The notes beneath the pieces are model-generated. The model was not told the origin of the DNA and searched no databases. It saw only the letters and a program-made list of their open reading frames with translations. From contig NIVC01001748.1 of the NCBI GenBank assembly GCA_002269645.1, positions 124,001 through 188,000 on the forward strand: 64,000 bases of DNA. The letters run 5' to 3'. Source of the DNA: Macrostomum lignano (lineage: Eukaryota). How positions within the stretch are numbered: position 1 is the first letter of the stretch; the number at the start of each line of letters is the position of its first letter. Shown piece by piece: positions 47,295 to 61,114 of the stretch. Made by a program: the position numbers and the translations under genes.

Positions 47295-50200
47295 ATGAGC
47301 TTGGTTGGCTCAATAGAACCCTATGAAGAGGGCACTGAAAAGTGGATTCAGTACCAAGAAAGACTGGAGCAGTATTTTGAGGCCAATGATATCAAAGAAG
47401 AGAAGAAGCGTGCCGTTCTCCTTAGCGTCTGCGGCAAGAAGACGTATCAGTTGCTTGCCAGCCTGCTGTCTCCAGAGTCGCCTGCCCAGTCCAGCTACAC
47501 AGCGATCTGCGCTAAGCTGAAAGAGCATTTCGACCCTGAGCCCCCTGAGATCGTGCTACGTTACCGTTTCTACTCCAGGAGTCGCCAAGTTGGTGAATCG
47601 ATTGCGGATTTTCTCGCGGATCTTCGCAGACTGGCACGGGACTGCAACTTCGGCGGCAGCCTGAATGACATGATCAGAGACCGGCTCGTGCTTGGCATCG
47701 CTGACGACAACATCCAGCGAAGGCTTCTTTCGGAGAAGAAGCTGACTCTCGAAACCGCAATATCTCTGGCGCAAGCTCAAGCGTCGGCCGCTGAGGGCAA
47801 TCTTCTCGTGATGAAATCTGCGAGTCAGGACGCCTTTCAGATAGCACACCAGCCACAGTCCACTAGACGATGTTTTCGTTGCCGGTCACAGCGGCACGTC
47901 GCGGCGAAGTGCCCGTTTGCTGACAAGAAGTGCTTCAACTGTTCGAAGGTGGGCCATACGGCTGCTGCCTGTAAGTCTCCTGCGGGTTCGAATCGTCGCA
48001 TGGACCATAATGTGAGAGAGGTTGAGGTCGATGAAGAAGAGGCACATTCGCTGCACGTGATGGCTGAACGGTGTGGGAAGATTCCACCCATCGAGACCAC
48101 GGTCATCATCGAAGGCACGCCAGTTCGGATGGAGGTCGACACGGGTGCATCTGTCTCGCTCATATCTTCAGAAACATTTCGCTCAGAGCTGCGGGAAGGA
48201 CCAAAGCTAGAACCTGCCAACACTAAGCTGCGCACCTACTCAGGAGAGCCGGTCCCCCTGCTAGGTAAAATTACCGTCCGAGTGCAAGCTGCCGGAGCTG
48301 CCAAGGAGCTTCCACTGCTCGTAGTCGAGGGCTCTGGTTCGAACCTGATCGGCCGTGACTGGCTGGCATGTTTGCCGCTGGACTGGAGCAGCATCAACCA
48401 GGTGCGAAAAGACAGTGAGCACCCTGGAATCCGCGCCCTGCTGGACCAGTATGCCGAGGTTTTCGAGACGGGACTCGGCAAGTACAACGGACCGCCTGTG
48501 CAGCTGCATCTGAAAACTGGGGCCCGGCCTCGATTTTTCAAGGCACGCAACGTCCCGTTTGCTCTTAAGACTAAGGTGGAGGCTCAGCTCGACAAGGAAA
48601 TTGAGCAAGGTGTGCTCAGACCAGTCAACAACTCGGACTACGCCTCGCCGATTGTGCCAGTGCTCAAGTCGGACGGTTCAATACGCATCTGTGCCGACTT
48701 CAAACAAACGGTAAATCTCTGTGTTGAACCTGACAAATATCCGCTACCGAGAATCGAAGAGCTTTTTGCTAAGCTGGCAGGTGGAAAAAATTTACGAAGC
48801 TCGACTTGTCGCAAGCCTATTCTCAACTGCCACTGGACGAAGCAGCCCAAGAGATTTGTACAATTAATACGTCCAAAGGCCTTCTGCGCTACACCCGTCT
48901 GCCTTTTGGAGTTGCTCCGGCCGTCGGTATTTTCCAACGACACATGGACAATCTGCTGCAGTCGATTCCGCATGTCGCCTGTTTTATCGACGATCTGATT
49001 ATCACCGGTGTTGACGACGAAAGTCACTTGCGCTCACTAGAGTCAGTGCTCAAGAAATTGCACCAAAGCGGACTGCGCTGCGGCCTGAGCAAGTGCGACT
49101 TCATGCAGGACAGTGTCAGCTATCTGGGCCACCGGATAGACGCTGACGGTCTGCATCCGCTACCGGACAAGGTTCGTGCCATCGCCGACGCTCCAGCACC
49201 ACGAGACGTGACACAGCTTCGCAGTTTTCTTGGACTTGTCAACTATTACGGGAAGTTCATGCCCAACTTGTCCGCGGAGCTGTCGCCGCTGCATCGTCTG
49301 CTCAACCAAGGTGCCCAGTGGCGCTGGGGCACTCAACAGGAGACCGCATTTAGGAAGTGCAAGTCGCTTCTCAGCAAAGCGCCGGTCCTCGCGCACTTCG
49401 ACGAAAGTAAGCCGCTGATCCTGGAGTGCGACGCGTCGCCCTACGGCGTCGGAGCGGTCATCAGTCATCGGATTGATGGTATCGATCAGCCGATTGCGTT
49501 CGCTTCGCGCTCTTTGCACGATGCTGAGACCAGGTACTCCCAGTTGGACAAAGAGGCTCTGGCGGTCGTTTTCGGAGTAAAGCGGTTTCATGCGTATCTG
49601 TACGGCCGGAAGTTTACACTGATCAGCGACCACAAACCGCTATTGGGTCTGCTACACGAGTCCAAGCCGATTCCAGCAATGGCATCCGGTCGAATTCAAA
49701 GGTGGGCGCTCATCCTGGCAGGCTACAGCTACACGATGGAGCACCGATCAGGTCGGTCGCTGCTCCGTGCGGACGCGCTGAGTCGACTGCCGCTGCCAGA
49801 GAGACCAGCAAAGGCACCGACACCAGCCGATGTGGTGCTAGTCATGGACACGCTTGATGAGGGACCAGTGACTGCCGGAGACATTCGAGCTTTGACTAGA
49901 ACGGACCCGATCCTGTCCAAGGTGCTGCAGTTTACCGAGTCTGGCTACTGGCCCGAGCGAGTAACTCAAGAGCTACAGCCGTTCAAAAATCGGGCTAATC
50001 AGCTGAGTGTCCAAGATGGCTGTCTCCTCTGGGGCACAAGAGTGGTGATACCGCAAGCTGGCCGCTCGGCGGTTCTGCAGTGCCTGCACCAAGGACACCA
50101 GGGCGCCTCTAGAACGAAGGCGCTCGCCCGCAGTTTTTTCTGGTGGCCAAAGCTGGATGAATCCATTGAGCACCTGTCCAGTGCGTGCTCCGAGTGCCGT

Positions 50201-51157
50201 GAGCTGCTGAAGTCACCGGCGCCGGTTCCGCTGCACCCATGGGCATTGCCGGACAGACCCTGGTCGCGTCTTCATCTCGACTTTGCTGGTCCGGTAGAAG
50301 GAAAAATGCTTCTGGTGATCGTGGACGCTCATTCGAAGTGGATGGAAGTTCATGTAATGATGTCGACGACTTCAACGGCCACGATTCAGAGACTGCGGCA
50401 GAGTTTCGCTACTCACGGTCTGCCAGACATCGTCGTTACGGACAACGGGCCAAATCTAGTCAGCGAAGAGATGAGCGAATTTCTACGGAAAAACGGCATT
50501 CGGCACGTGCGAACTGCACCGTATCACCCAGCATCCAACGGCCAGGCGGAGCGCGCGGTGCAAACGCTGAAGAAGTCGCTGGCCAAGCAGAAAGGCGGCT
50601 CGCTCGAAGACCGAGTAGCGCGGTTCCTGCTGACATACCGCGTGACGCCACATGCCACGACTGGCACGCCGCCGTGCGAGCTGCTGATGGGAAGGCGACT
50701 GCGCTCTCTGCTCGATCGAGTGCGTCCCGACGTGCCGGCCAGGGTTGCAGTGCAGCAAGCGATGCAAAAGCAGCATCACGACGCCAACGCTCACGATCGC
50801 CGCATTGAGGTCGGCGATGCCGTGGTTGCCAGGGACTTCGCTGATGACAGCAGATGGAAGCCGGCGGTGGTGACTGCCAGCTCTGGAGCAGCGTCGTTCT
50901 CGTGCCAGTTTGATGACGGCCGGGAGGTCCAACGGCACATCGACCAAGTTCGCAGACCCGCGGATGCTGTACCGGCTGGCGAAGTTCCCGAGGCTGAGCC
51001 GGTCGCTGATCCGCCGGAAGATCCGCCAGCAGCGGCCGGCGCAGCTGGTGCCCCCGGCCTGGCGGACGCCTGCGACGCCACGAATGCGAGCGATTTGGCG
51101 TTGCCGCGGCGCTCGACCAGGATCCGAACTGAGCCTAATCGACTGTGTTACCAGTGA
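47295..51157 (+). CDS. Gag-Pol polyprotein with one 1-nt frame break at about 48790
   Basis: Two CCHC knuckles, VDTGAS, FIDD, CDASPYG, HHCC/DDE; frame changes at GGAAAAAATTTACG (A6 where A7 would give GKKFTKLDLSQ). Confidence 0.9.
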
Positions 51158-51239
51158 CTGTGATTCCGTTATTTAGTGCTCTTTGAGTTGCGGACTAAAT
51201 AGTTTCTTTTATTTCCTGTTCCCTGCTTCTGCAGTTGTT

Positions 51240-51248
51240 GGGGAGGAG
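51240..51248 (+). promoter_or_regulatory. Polypurine tract of element 2
   Basis: GGGGAGGAG directly before the 3' LTR. Confidence 0.8.
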
Positions 51249-51494
51249 TGTAGTGACTTGGTTTGTGTTGTGTGGGGTGCTGGGGGTTGCTGCGTACACT
51301 TTACCGTCGTACCCTTTAACTCTCTCCTTCGCTTGTTCTTTTGTGCGTACGTGCACGTGACTAATATGTCTATTTTACAGTCCCCAAATTATTGATCGGT
51401 TAAAATACTATTTCGACAAATACATATATGAATGATTTTATCATGCTATCGCATAAGCATCTTTCTGCCACGCAAACTAAGTGAAGTCTTTACA
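51249..51494 (+). repeat. 3' LTR of element 2
   Basis: Identical to 5' LTR; followed by TSD. Confidence 0.95.
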
Positions 51495-52135
51495 CTCTCT
51501 CTGACCTCTCTCTGACCTCTCTCTGATCTCTCTCTGACCTCTCTCTGATCTCTCTCTGCTCTCTCTGATCTCTCTCTGATCTCTGTGTGATCTTTCTCTG
51601 ATCTCTCAGGTCTCTCTCTCTGACCTCTCTCTGATCTCCCTCTGACCTCTCTCTGATCTCCCTCTGACCTCTCTCTGCTCTCTCTGATCTCTCTTTGATC
51701 TCTGTGTGATCTTTCTCTGATCTCTCAGGTCTCTCTCTCTGACCTCTCTCTGCTCTCTCTGATCTCTCTCTGATCTCTGTGTGATCTTTCTCTGATCTCT
51801 CAGGTCTCTCTCTCTGACCTCTCTCTGATCTCTCTCTGATCTCTCTCTGATCTCTCTCTGATCTCCCTGACCTCTCTGACCTCTCTCTGATCTCACTCTG
51901 ACCTCTCTCTGACCTCTCTCTGACCTCTCTCTGACCTCTCTCTGATCTCTCTCTGATCTCTCTCTGATCTCTCTCTGATCTCTCTCTGATCTCTCTCTGA
52001 TCTCTCTCTGATCTCTCTCTGATCTCTCTGACCTCTCTCTGATCTCTCTCTCATCTCTCTGACCTCTCTCTGATCTCCCTCTGATCTCTCTGATCTTTCT
52101 CTAATCTCTCTGCTCTCTCTGATCTCTCTGGTCTC
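51495..52135. repeat. 11-bp minisatellite, right part (more degenerate)
   Basis: Direct. Confidence 0.9.
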
Positions 52136-52219
52136 TCCCTGATATCCCGGTGATCTTGTTTCTCTACCAGCCATAAACGGACACATCAAACAGCTAGCAG
52201 TCAGTGCAAGCCAACTCAC

Positions 52220-52593
52220 TTTGAGAACACTCTCCCCCTTGTTACGCAGTACTGATACTTCTCCAGATCCTGGCCCGTGATGCCAAACCACCAGCGGTTG
52301 GACTTGCAGTATTTGTTCCTCTCATAGGCGTAGAACCAATACAGCTGGTTGAACCCGCAGGCGAAGCTGCACAGCACCAGCAGCACTACGAACAGAAACT
52401 TTAAAATGTCCGACAGCATCCGTCCCAGAGAGATCTGCAGTGGCCCCAGATGCGGGTTCACCGTGAAAATGTACACCAATTTGAGCATAGAGAATATGTT
52501 AGCTGTGGCGAACAGGCACTCCGAGATCAAGGTGGGATCGTAGGCGTCCCAGTGCTGGCGGTGCACGCTGCGGAGCTCAGGCCTGCGCTGCAC
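52220..52593 (-). CDS. TRPC: TRPC exon (S3-S4 loop, S4, S5, turret)
   Basis: [45 protein letters not shown]...[12 protein letters not shown]; phase 0-2. Confidence 0.95.
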
Positions 52594-52611
52594 CTGGCGA
52601 GAGTGGAATGG

Positions 52612-53010
52612 GTGTGAGATTCCAGAGTGAGATTCCAGTGTGAGATTCCAGTGTGAGGTTCCAGTGTGAGATTTTCGGTGCAAGATTCCAGTGTAGGATT
52701 TCCAGCATGAGATTCCAGTGTAAGATTCTAATGTGAGATTCCTATTGTGAGATTCCAGGGGGAGATTCCAGTGTGAGATTGCAGTGTGAGATTCCAGTGT
52801 GAGATTCAGGTGTGAGATTCAGGTTTGAGATTTAGGTGTGAGATTCCAGTGTGAGATTCCAGTGTGAGATTCCAGTGTGAGATTCCAGTGAGAGATTATA
52901 GTGTCAGATTCCAGTGTGAGATTCCAGTGTGAGATTCCAGTCTGAGATTACAGTTTGAGATTCCAGTGTGAGATTCCAGTGTGAGAATTCCAGAGTGGGA
53001 TTTCAGTATG
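52612..53010. repeat. 13-bp minisatellite (GAGATTCCAGTGT)
   Basis: Direct. Confidence 0.9.
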
Positions 53011-53449
53011 AGATTCCTGACTCCAATATGACATTGACTATGAGATCTCATATAATATTAAGCATTCAATAGCAATGTGCTTAGTCAAGTGGCATAGAAC
53101 AGCTAAGTGCAATGCAGAGGACCAGAGAACAAGGTGAGGTTTTATTGAGACGAGAATAAGAGCGAAGTTTATTATTCCCAAGCAATTAGTCGCATAGCAC
53201 CTCCACCCCACTGCGCCAGCTCTTCAGACTGTCCCAGACTGCTTATTTGGGAACCAGAGTCACAGACAGAGAGGACTAGCCTGCCCCCCAGTGATTGATC
53301 GACCCCAACAACAATGCTCACACCAAATATAATTTTCCAGCCTCAGGCTTAACGACATTAACTTTGTGTGCGATGCTGTGCATGCAGGTATGGCACTAAT
53401 AATCAGTACAAAGGTTGAGCCCGAGCTCGCAGTGGCAACCCGACGCAAC

Positions 53450-55345
53450 CTTCACAATCCTCAATATTCACAATCCTCAATATTCACAATCCTCAATATT
53501 CACAATCCTCAATATTCACAATCCTCAATATTCACAATTCTCAATATTCACAATCCTCAATATTCACAATCCTCAATATTCACAATCCTCAATATTCAAA
53601 ATTCTCAATATTCACAATCCTCAATATTCACAATCCTCAATATTCACAATCCTCAATATTCACAATCCTCAATATTCACATTCCTCAATATTCACAATCC
53701 TCAATATTCACAATCCTCAATATTCACAATCCTCAATATTCCCATTCCTCAATATTCACAATCCTCAATATCCTCAATATTCACAATCCTCAATATTCAC
53801 AATCCTCAATATTCACAATCATCAATATTCACAATCTTCAATATTCACAATCCTCAATATTCACAATCCTCAATATTCACAATCCTCAATATTCACAATC
53901 CTCAATATTCACAATCCTCAATATTCACAATCCTCAATATTCACAATTCTCAATATTCACAATCCTCAATATTCACAATCCTCAATATTCACAATCCTCA
54001 ATATTCAAAATTCTCAATATTCACAATCCTCAATATTCACAATCCTCAATATTCACAATCCTCAATATTCACAATCCTCAATATTCACATTCCTCAATAT
54101 TCACAATCCTCAATATTCACAATCCTCAATATTCACAATCCTCAATATTCCCATTCCTCAATATTCACAATCCTCAATATCCTCAATATTCACAATCCTC
54201 AATATTCACAATCCTCAATATTCACAATCATCAATATTCACAATCTTCAATATTCACAATCCTCAATATTCACAATCCTCAATATTCACAATCCTCAATA
54301 TTCACAATCCTCAATATTCACAATCCTCAATGCTCACAATCCTCAATATTCACAATCCTCAATATTCACAATCCTCAATATTCACAATCCTCAATGTTCA
54401 CAATCCTCAATATTCACAATCTTCAATATTCACAATCCTCAATATTCACAATCCTCAATATTCACAATCCTCAATATTCACAATCCTCAATATTCACAAT
54501 CCTCAATATTCACAATCCTCAATATTCACAATCCTCAATATTCACAATCCTCAATATTCACAATCCTCAATATTCACAATCCTCAATATTCACAATCCTC
54601 AATATTCACAATCCTCAATATTCACAATCCTCAATATTCACAATCCTCAATATTCACAATCCTCAATATTCACAATCCTCAATATTCACAATCCTCAATA
54701 TCCTCAATATTCACAATCCTCAATATTCACAATCCTCAATATTCACAATCCTCAATATTCACAATCTTCAATATTCACAATCCTCAATATTCACAATCCT
54801 CAATATTCACAATCCTCAATATTCACAATCCTCAATATTCACAATCCTCAATGCTCACAATCCTCAATATTCACAATCCCCAATATTCACAATCCTCAAT
54901 ATTCACAATCCTTAATGTTCACAATCCTCAATATTCACAATCTTCAATATTCACAATCCTCAATATTCACAATCCTCAATATTCACAATCCTCAATATTC
55001 ACAATCCTCAATGCTCACAATCCTCAATATTCACAATCCTCAATATTCACAATCCTCAATATTCACAATCCTCAATATTCACAATCCTCAATATTCACAA
55101 TCCTCAATATTCACAATCCTCAATATTCACAATCCTCAATATTCACAATCCTCAATGCTCACAATCCTCAATATTCACAATCCTCAATATTCACAATCCT
55201 CAATATTCACAATCCTCAATATTCACAATCCTCAATATTCACAATCCTCAATATTCACAATCCTCAATATTCACAATCCTCAATATTCACAATCCTCAAT
55301 ATTCACAATCCTCAATATTCACAGTCCCCAACATTCACAATCCTC
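53450..55345. repeat. 16-bp minisatellite (TTCACAATCCTCAATA)
   Basis: Direct. Confidence 0.95.
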
Positions 55346-55835
55346 AATCGCTCAGTTTCATAACCTCGTTCACACTTGTCTCTCAGTTTGTCACAGGACA
55401 AAATAAGCTAAGAGAGAGAGAGAGAGAGAGAGATATTGAGTTATCCACTTAGCGACAACTTTGAGTGGCATGAGGTGGAATTAGATTCAATCAGATACTG
55501 ACGCATCCAAGCAGCCTAAGTTCAATCTTCTATCCAGCAGAATTTTCAAAGCCTCATTCCACATTCAGAAAGAGTTGTTTTCAATTTTCTAAATTATTGC
55601 CAAAATAGGAGGCGCAGAGGAAGAAGACCTACAGGAAAGACTCACTGTTGTACTTTCTTGTGGACCTGTTCTCAATAGTCTCCGTCTACATTAAACATGT
55701 AGGCTTAGTACTAGCTATTATTTTATTATATGCGTGATTTTAATCAGTAAATCCGTGATTCAAGATTTCTAATCAGTATGCAGGATTAAATTTGTAATTA
55801 ATAGCTGAAAGTGTACAAACCGGCGGGAGCCTTAC

Positions 55836-55975
55836 CATGTACCAAGCCACGCCGCGAAGTGTGATGGTTGCGATGTACAGAGCATTGGTGGCGAAATCCA
55901 ACAGGTTCCACATATCGGTGACGTAGGCCTTCGCGCCTTCGCTCCACAGCTGCTTCACTTCTTGCCAAACGAAAC
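55836..55975 (-). CDS. TRPC: TRPC exon (S2-S3)
   Basis: GFVWQEVKQLWSEGAKAYVTDMWNLLDFATNALYIATITLRGVAWYM|gtaagg; phase 1-0. Confidence 0.95.
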
Positions 55976-56019
55976 CTGCATTGAAACAGTGAGTATGATG
56001 AGTCAAGGTTCTTTTAATA

Positions 56020-56170
56020 TGCCGTTCCCCAAGCTTCACAATCCCCAATGTTCACAATCCCCAAGCTTCACAATCCCTAATCTTCACAATCCCCAATATT
56101 CACAATCCCCAATCTTCACAATCCCCAAACTTCACAATCACTAGCTTCACAATCACTAGCTTCACAATCA
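56020..56170. repeat. 16-bp minisatellite (TTCACAATCCCCAAGC)
   Basis: Direct. Confidence 0.85.
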
Positions 56171-56524
56171 CTAGCTTCACTAGCTGCCAAAAAAAGTGAA
56201 TAAAAAATTCAGAAGAAATCAGTAGGGCAAACCACGGATCGAGTCGTTTCCCCCCACTTTCGAATTTACGAACTTCCCGCAGCTCCGCTGGGAATCGGCT
56301 GGCCAAACAGCAGATGCTGAAGCTGGATGCTGGCCTACGCAACATCAATTCGGTTAGAGAGAGAGAGGGAGGGCACGGCGAGAGAGTCAGCTCGAACTAA
56401 TAAAGTTTCAGCTCGGCAGCTCAGAAATCCTACTACAGATTATATTTAAAATGGCTCGGTAAGGCCCGTATAAAATATTTCCATCTCCAATACGGGACAT
56501 TGGAGTTTACTATGAGTGAAGTTT

Positions 56525-57665
56525 CAATTGTGAATGTTAGGGATTGTGAAACTTAGGGCAAACTTGGGGATTGTGAAGTTTGGGGATTGTGAATGTTGGG
56601 GATTGTGAAACTTAGGGATTGTGAAGCTTGGGGATTGTGAAGCTTGGGGATTGTGAAGCTTGGGGATTGTGAAGCTTGGGAATTGTGAAGCTTGGGGATT
56701 GTGAAGCTTGGGGATTGTGAAGCTTGGGGATTGTGAATTTTGGGGATTGTGAAGCTTGGGGATTGTGAAGCTTGGGGATTGTGAAGTTAGGGGATTGTGA
56801 AGCTTGAAGATTGTGAATGTTGGGGATTGTGAATTTTGGGGATGGTGAAACTTGAAGATCGTGAAGCTTAGGGATTGTGAATGTTGGGGATTGTGAAGTT
56901 AGGGGATTGTGAAGCTTGGGGATTGTGAATGTTGGGGATTGTGAATTTTGGGGATTGTGAATTTTGGGGATCGTGAAACTTGGGGATCGTGAAGCTTAGG
57001 GATTGTGAATGTTGGGGATCGTGAATTTTGGGGATTGTGAATTTTGGGGATTGTGAATTTTGGGGATTGTGAATTTTGGGGATTGTGAAACTTGGGGATT
57101 GTGAAGCTTGGGGATTGTGAATGTTGGGGATTGTGAAGCTTGGGGATTGTGAAGCTTGGGGATTGTGAAGCTTGGGGATTGTGAAGCTTGGGGATTGTGA
57201 AGCTTGGGGATTGTGAAGCTTGGGGATTGTGAAGCTTGGGGATTGTGAAGCTTGGGGATTGTGAAGCTTGGGGATTGTGAAGCTTGGGGATTGTGAAGCT
57301 TGGGGATTGTGAAGCTTGGGATTGTGAAGCTTGGGGATTGTGAAGCTTGGGGATTGTGAAGCTTGGGGATTGTGAATCTTGGGGATTGTGAAGCTTGGGG
57401 ATTGTGAAGCTTGGGGATTGTGAAGCTTGGGGATTGTGAAGCTTGGGGATTGTGAAGCTTGGGGATTGTGAAGCTTGGGGATTGTGCAGCTAAGGATTGT
57501 GAAGATTGAGGATTGTGAATGTTGGGGATTGTGAAACTTGGGGATCGTGAAGCTTGGGGATTGTGAATGTTGGGGATTGTGAAACTTGGGGATCGTAAAG
57601 CTTGGGGATTGTGAATGTTGGGGATTGTGAACATCGAGGATTGTGAATATTGAGAATTAGTGAAA
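56525..57665. repeat. 16-bp minisatellite (GCTTGGGGATTGTGAA), reverse complement of 56020-56170 unit
   Basis: Direct. Confidence 0.93.
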
Positions 57666-58004
57666 CTTGGGATTGAGAACACTGGAATTGAAAGTATCAA
57701 ATATCGAAAATTGAGACTATTGAAGATTGTAGAAAACGACAAAACAATGGGAGCTGGATATTAGACTCACACTTAGAAAAAAAGATATGACAAAGTGAAA
57801 ATCAATGCACAAAGTAATAGAAGACATGCAACCGAAATCCAGAGCAAGGCTTATTTATTTAAAAAACATGTACATAGGACGAACTAACAGAAACCAGTGC
57901 AAAAAGTAGCAAATTAAGATTTGCTTCCTTCGAGGCCTAGAATGTCCTCAGCCACAGATTACAGATGCTAATTAATAACACTAATTCATCCATACAGGCG
58001 TATA

Positions 58005-58510
58005 TATATCACACTAATCCATCACTGTGTATCACACTAATCCATCTCTATATCACACTAATCCATCACTGTGTATCACACTAATCCATCTCTATATCAC
58101 ACTAATCCATCTCTATATATCACACTAATCCATCTCTATATATCACACTAATCCATCTCTATATATCACACTAATCCATCTCTATGTATCACACTAATCC
58201 ATCTCTATATATCACACTAATCCATCTCTATATATCACACTAATCCATCTCTATATATCACACTAATCCATCTCTATATATCACACTAATCCATCTTTAT
58301 ATACCACACTAATCCATCTCTATGTATCACACTAATCCATCTCTATATATCACACTAATCCATCTCTATATATCACACTAATCCATCTTTATATATCACA
58401 CTAATCCATCTCTATATATCACACTAATCCATCTCTATGTATCACACTAATCCATCTCTATATATCACACTAATCCATCTCCATATCACACTAATCCATC
58501 TCTATATGAT
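58005..58510. repeat. 23-bp minisatellite (TCACACTAATCCATCTCTATATA)
   Basis: Direct. Confidence 0.92.
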
Positions 58511-58582
58511 AATAATCCAGACCTCACGTTAATCCAGTATCATATTACACTAATCACGCTAATCCATAAGTAAACCACTCAC

Positions 58583-58940
58583 CCAGCACGTAGACAACGA
58601 TAATCCACTCCACAACCGACGGAGGCGAGCCTCTCTCGGCCAGCTTAGCTTCCATTGTGTCCAACAGGACGTCCTCGATGCGCACGGCAGCCAACACCAG
58701 AAATCCCAAAAACAGCAGGTACGAAGCGCTGTGACAGATGAACTTTATAAACGGTTTCCTCATCTGTTGGCCAAGCCGTGAGCTGGGGACGAGCAGATAG
58801 ACCAGAGCCAACAGAGGGAACACTGCAGCGTACGCTGAGATCATGCTGACTTGAAAGAACAGCGGTTTTCTCCGGAAACCCGGCAGGCCTTCGTACCAAA
58901 GTGCCGCGAGTAGCTGCTGACAGTGCGGATGGGCCACGAA
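58583..58940 (-). CDS. TRPC: TRPC exon (pre-S1, S1, S2 start)
   Basis: FVAHPHCQQLLAALWYEGLPGFRRK...KPFIKFICHSASYLLFL; phase 0-1. Confidence 0.95.
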
Positions 58941-59039
58941 CTGCAGTTTTTGGGTTTGGGTTGGAGGGTCAGTTTGGATGACCGCATCGAATGACCTTGG
59001 AGAGGGGGGGGGGGCTGCATAAGCCTCCAAAGTTACATA

Positions 59040-60462
59040 CCGAGGGACTTGAGTACTGTAGCAGTGGCTTATCTACCGATGGACTTGAGTACTGTAGCAG
59101 TGGCTTATCTACCGAAGGATTTGAGTACTGTAGCAGTGGCTTATCTACCGATGGACTTGAGTACTGTAGCAGTGGCTTATCTACCGATGGACTTGAGTAC
59201 TGTAGCAGTGGCTTATCTACCGAAGGATTTGAGTACTGTAGCAGTGGCTTATCTACCGATGGACTTGAGTACTGTAGCAGTGGCTTATCTACCGATGGAC
59301 TTGAGTACTGTAGCAGTGGCTTATCTACCAAAGGATTTGAGTACTGTAGCAGTGGCTTATCTACCGAAGGATTTGAGTACTTTAGCAGTGGCTTATCTAC
59401 CGAAGGATTTGAGTACTTTAGCAGTGGCTTATCTACCGATGGACTTGAGTTCTGTAGCAGTGGCTTATCTACCGAAGGATTTGAGTACTTTAGCAGTGGC
59501 TTATCTACCGAAGGATTTGAGTACTTTAGCAGTGGCTTATCTACCGAAGGATTTGAGTACTGTAGCAGTGGCTTATTTACCGAAGGATTTGAGTACTTTA
59601 GCAGTGGCTTATCTACCGAAGGATTTGAGTACTTTAGCAGTGGCTTATCTACCGAAGGATTTGAGTACTTTAGCAGTGGCTTATCTACCGAAGGATTTGA
59701 GTACTTTAGCAGTGGCTTATCTACCGAAGGATTTGAGTACTTTAGCAGTGGCTTATCTACCGATGGACTTGAGTACTTTAGCAGTGGCTTATCTACCGAA
59801 GGATTTGAGTACTTTAGCAGTGGCTTATCTACCGAAGGATTTGAGTACTTTAGCAGTGGCTTATCTACCGAAGGATTTGAGTACTTTAGCAGTGGCTTAT
59901 CTACCGATGGACTTGAGTACTTTAGCAGTGGCTTATCTACCGAAGGATTTGAGTACTGTAGCAGTGGCTTATCTACCGAAGGATTTGAGTACTTTAGCAG
60001 TGGCTTATCTACCGAAGGATTTGAGTACTTTAGCAGTGGCTTATCTACCGATGGACTTGAGTACTTTAGCAGTGGCTTATCTACCGAAGGATTTGAGTAC
60101 TTCAGCAGTGGCTTATCTACCGAAGGATTTGAGTACTTTAGCAGTGGCTTATCTACCGAAGGATTTGAGTACTTTAGCAGTGGCTTATCTACCGAAGGAT
60201 TTGAGTACTTTAGCAGTGGCTTATCTACCGATGGACTTGAGTACTTTAGCAGTGGCTTATCTACCGAAGGATTTGAGTACTTTAGCAGTGGCTTATCTAC
60301 CGAAGGATTTTAGTACTTTAGCAGTGGCTTATCTACCGAAGGATTTGAGTACTTTAGCAGTGGCTTATCTACCGATGGACTTGAGTTCTGTAGCAGTGGC
60401 TTATCTACCGAAGGATTTGAGTACTGTAGCAGTGGCTTATCTACCGATGGACTTGAGTACTC
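59040..60462. repeat. 36-bp minisatellite (GAGTACTTTAGCAGTGGCTTATCTACCGAAGGATTT)
   Basis: Direct; 12-aa period in ORFs. Confidence 0.96.
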
Positions 60463-61114
60463 ACTGTATCTGCCAAACGACCTTTCACTACCTCATTCTC
60501 CCCTAGATACCGAATTCACGATAAAAAAATCAATTAATAGTACAACAGAATCACTATCACGACTATGAGAGTCTCTATTTGAGCAACAGGTTCAAAACTG
60601 CTCACACCCGGAGATAACCAAGCAGATCCCAACGCAGTTCCCCATCTGACTGTCTGCCTCGCCACGTCAGACGGTGTTCAAATCCAATAAGTGGCTACAG
60701 AAAGCCTACCGTGTTTGCTGAGAGCATTGTATAATCAGAACCTAATAGCTGATGGCCTACTAAGCAGAACTGCAGGTTTGCGAAATCCTGCCCCTGAAGC
60801 CCGAGTAAACAAAAAAATGGGAAAAAATCCCCACCCCCAACCCAGCAAGTTAAACTGACTTGTTCACTTCGGGTTATTTCGCAGACAGAAGGGAAAAGTT
60901 GGGTTAAAAAACATTTTCATTCCTGTAGGAAAACACAAGTCAAGTAAAAGCTCCCAAAATTTTTGCTCCATCGCTGCAGGTAAACAGAGCGGTATTGACA
61001 GATGACTTGAGCTACCAAATTTTTCTATCAGATGGTTGTACATTCGGGAGAATCTCAGCCTGATGCAGTTAAATGACCTTTACTGAATTTGAGACGGGAT
61101 TTGATGGTATTGGG

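Larger units (their letters stand above)
47036..51494 (+). mobile_element. Full-length Ty3/Gypsy (Mag-like) LTR retrotransposon 2, antisense within a TRPC intron
   Basis: Identical 246-bp TG...CA LTRs (47036-47281, 51249-51494); TSD CTCTC; PBS 47283-47293; PPT 51240-51248. Confidence 0.97.

Noticed and set aside
56525-57665. Telomere-like G-rich repeat
   Set aside because: Unit is 16 bp; TTAGGG occurs only sporadically
59040-60462. CRISPR-like 36-bp periodic repeat
   Set aside because: Units are contiguous with no unique spacers; eukaryotic context; no cas genes
53366-60506. 660-aa, 485-aa and 440-aa repetitive ORFs
   Set aside because: Stop-free minisatellite units inside TRPC introns
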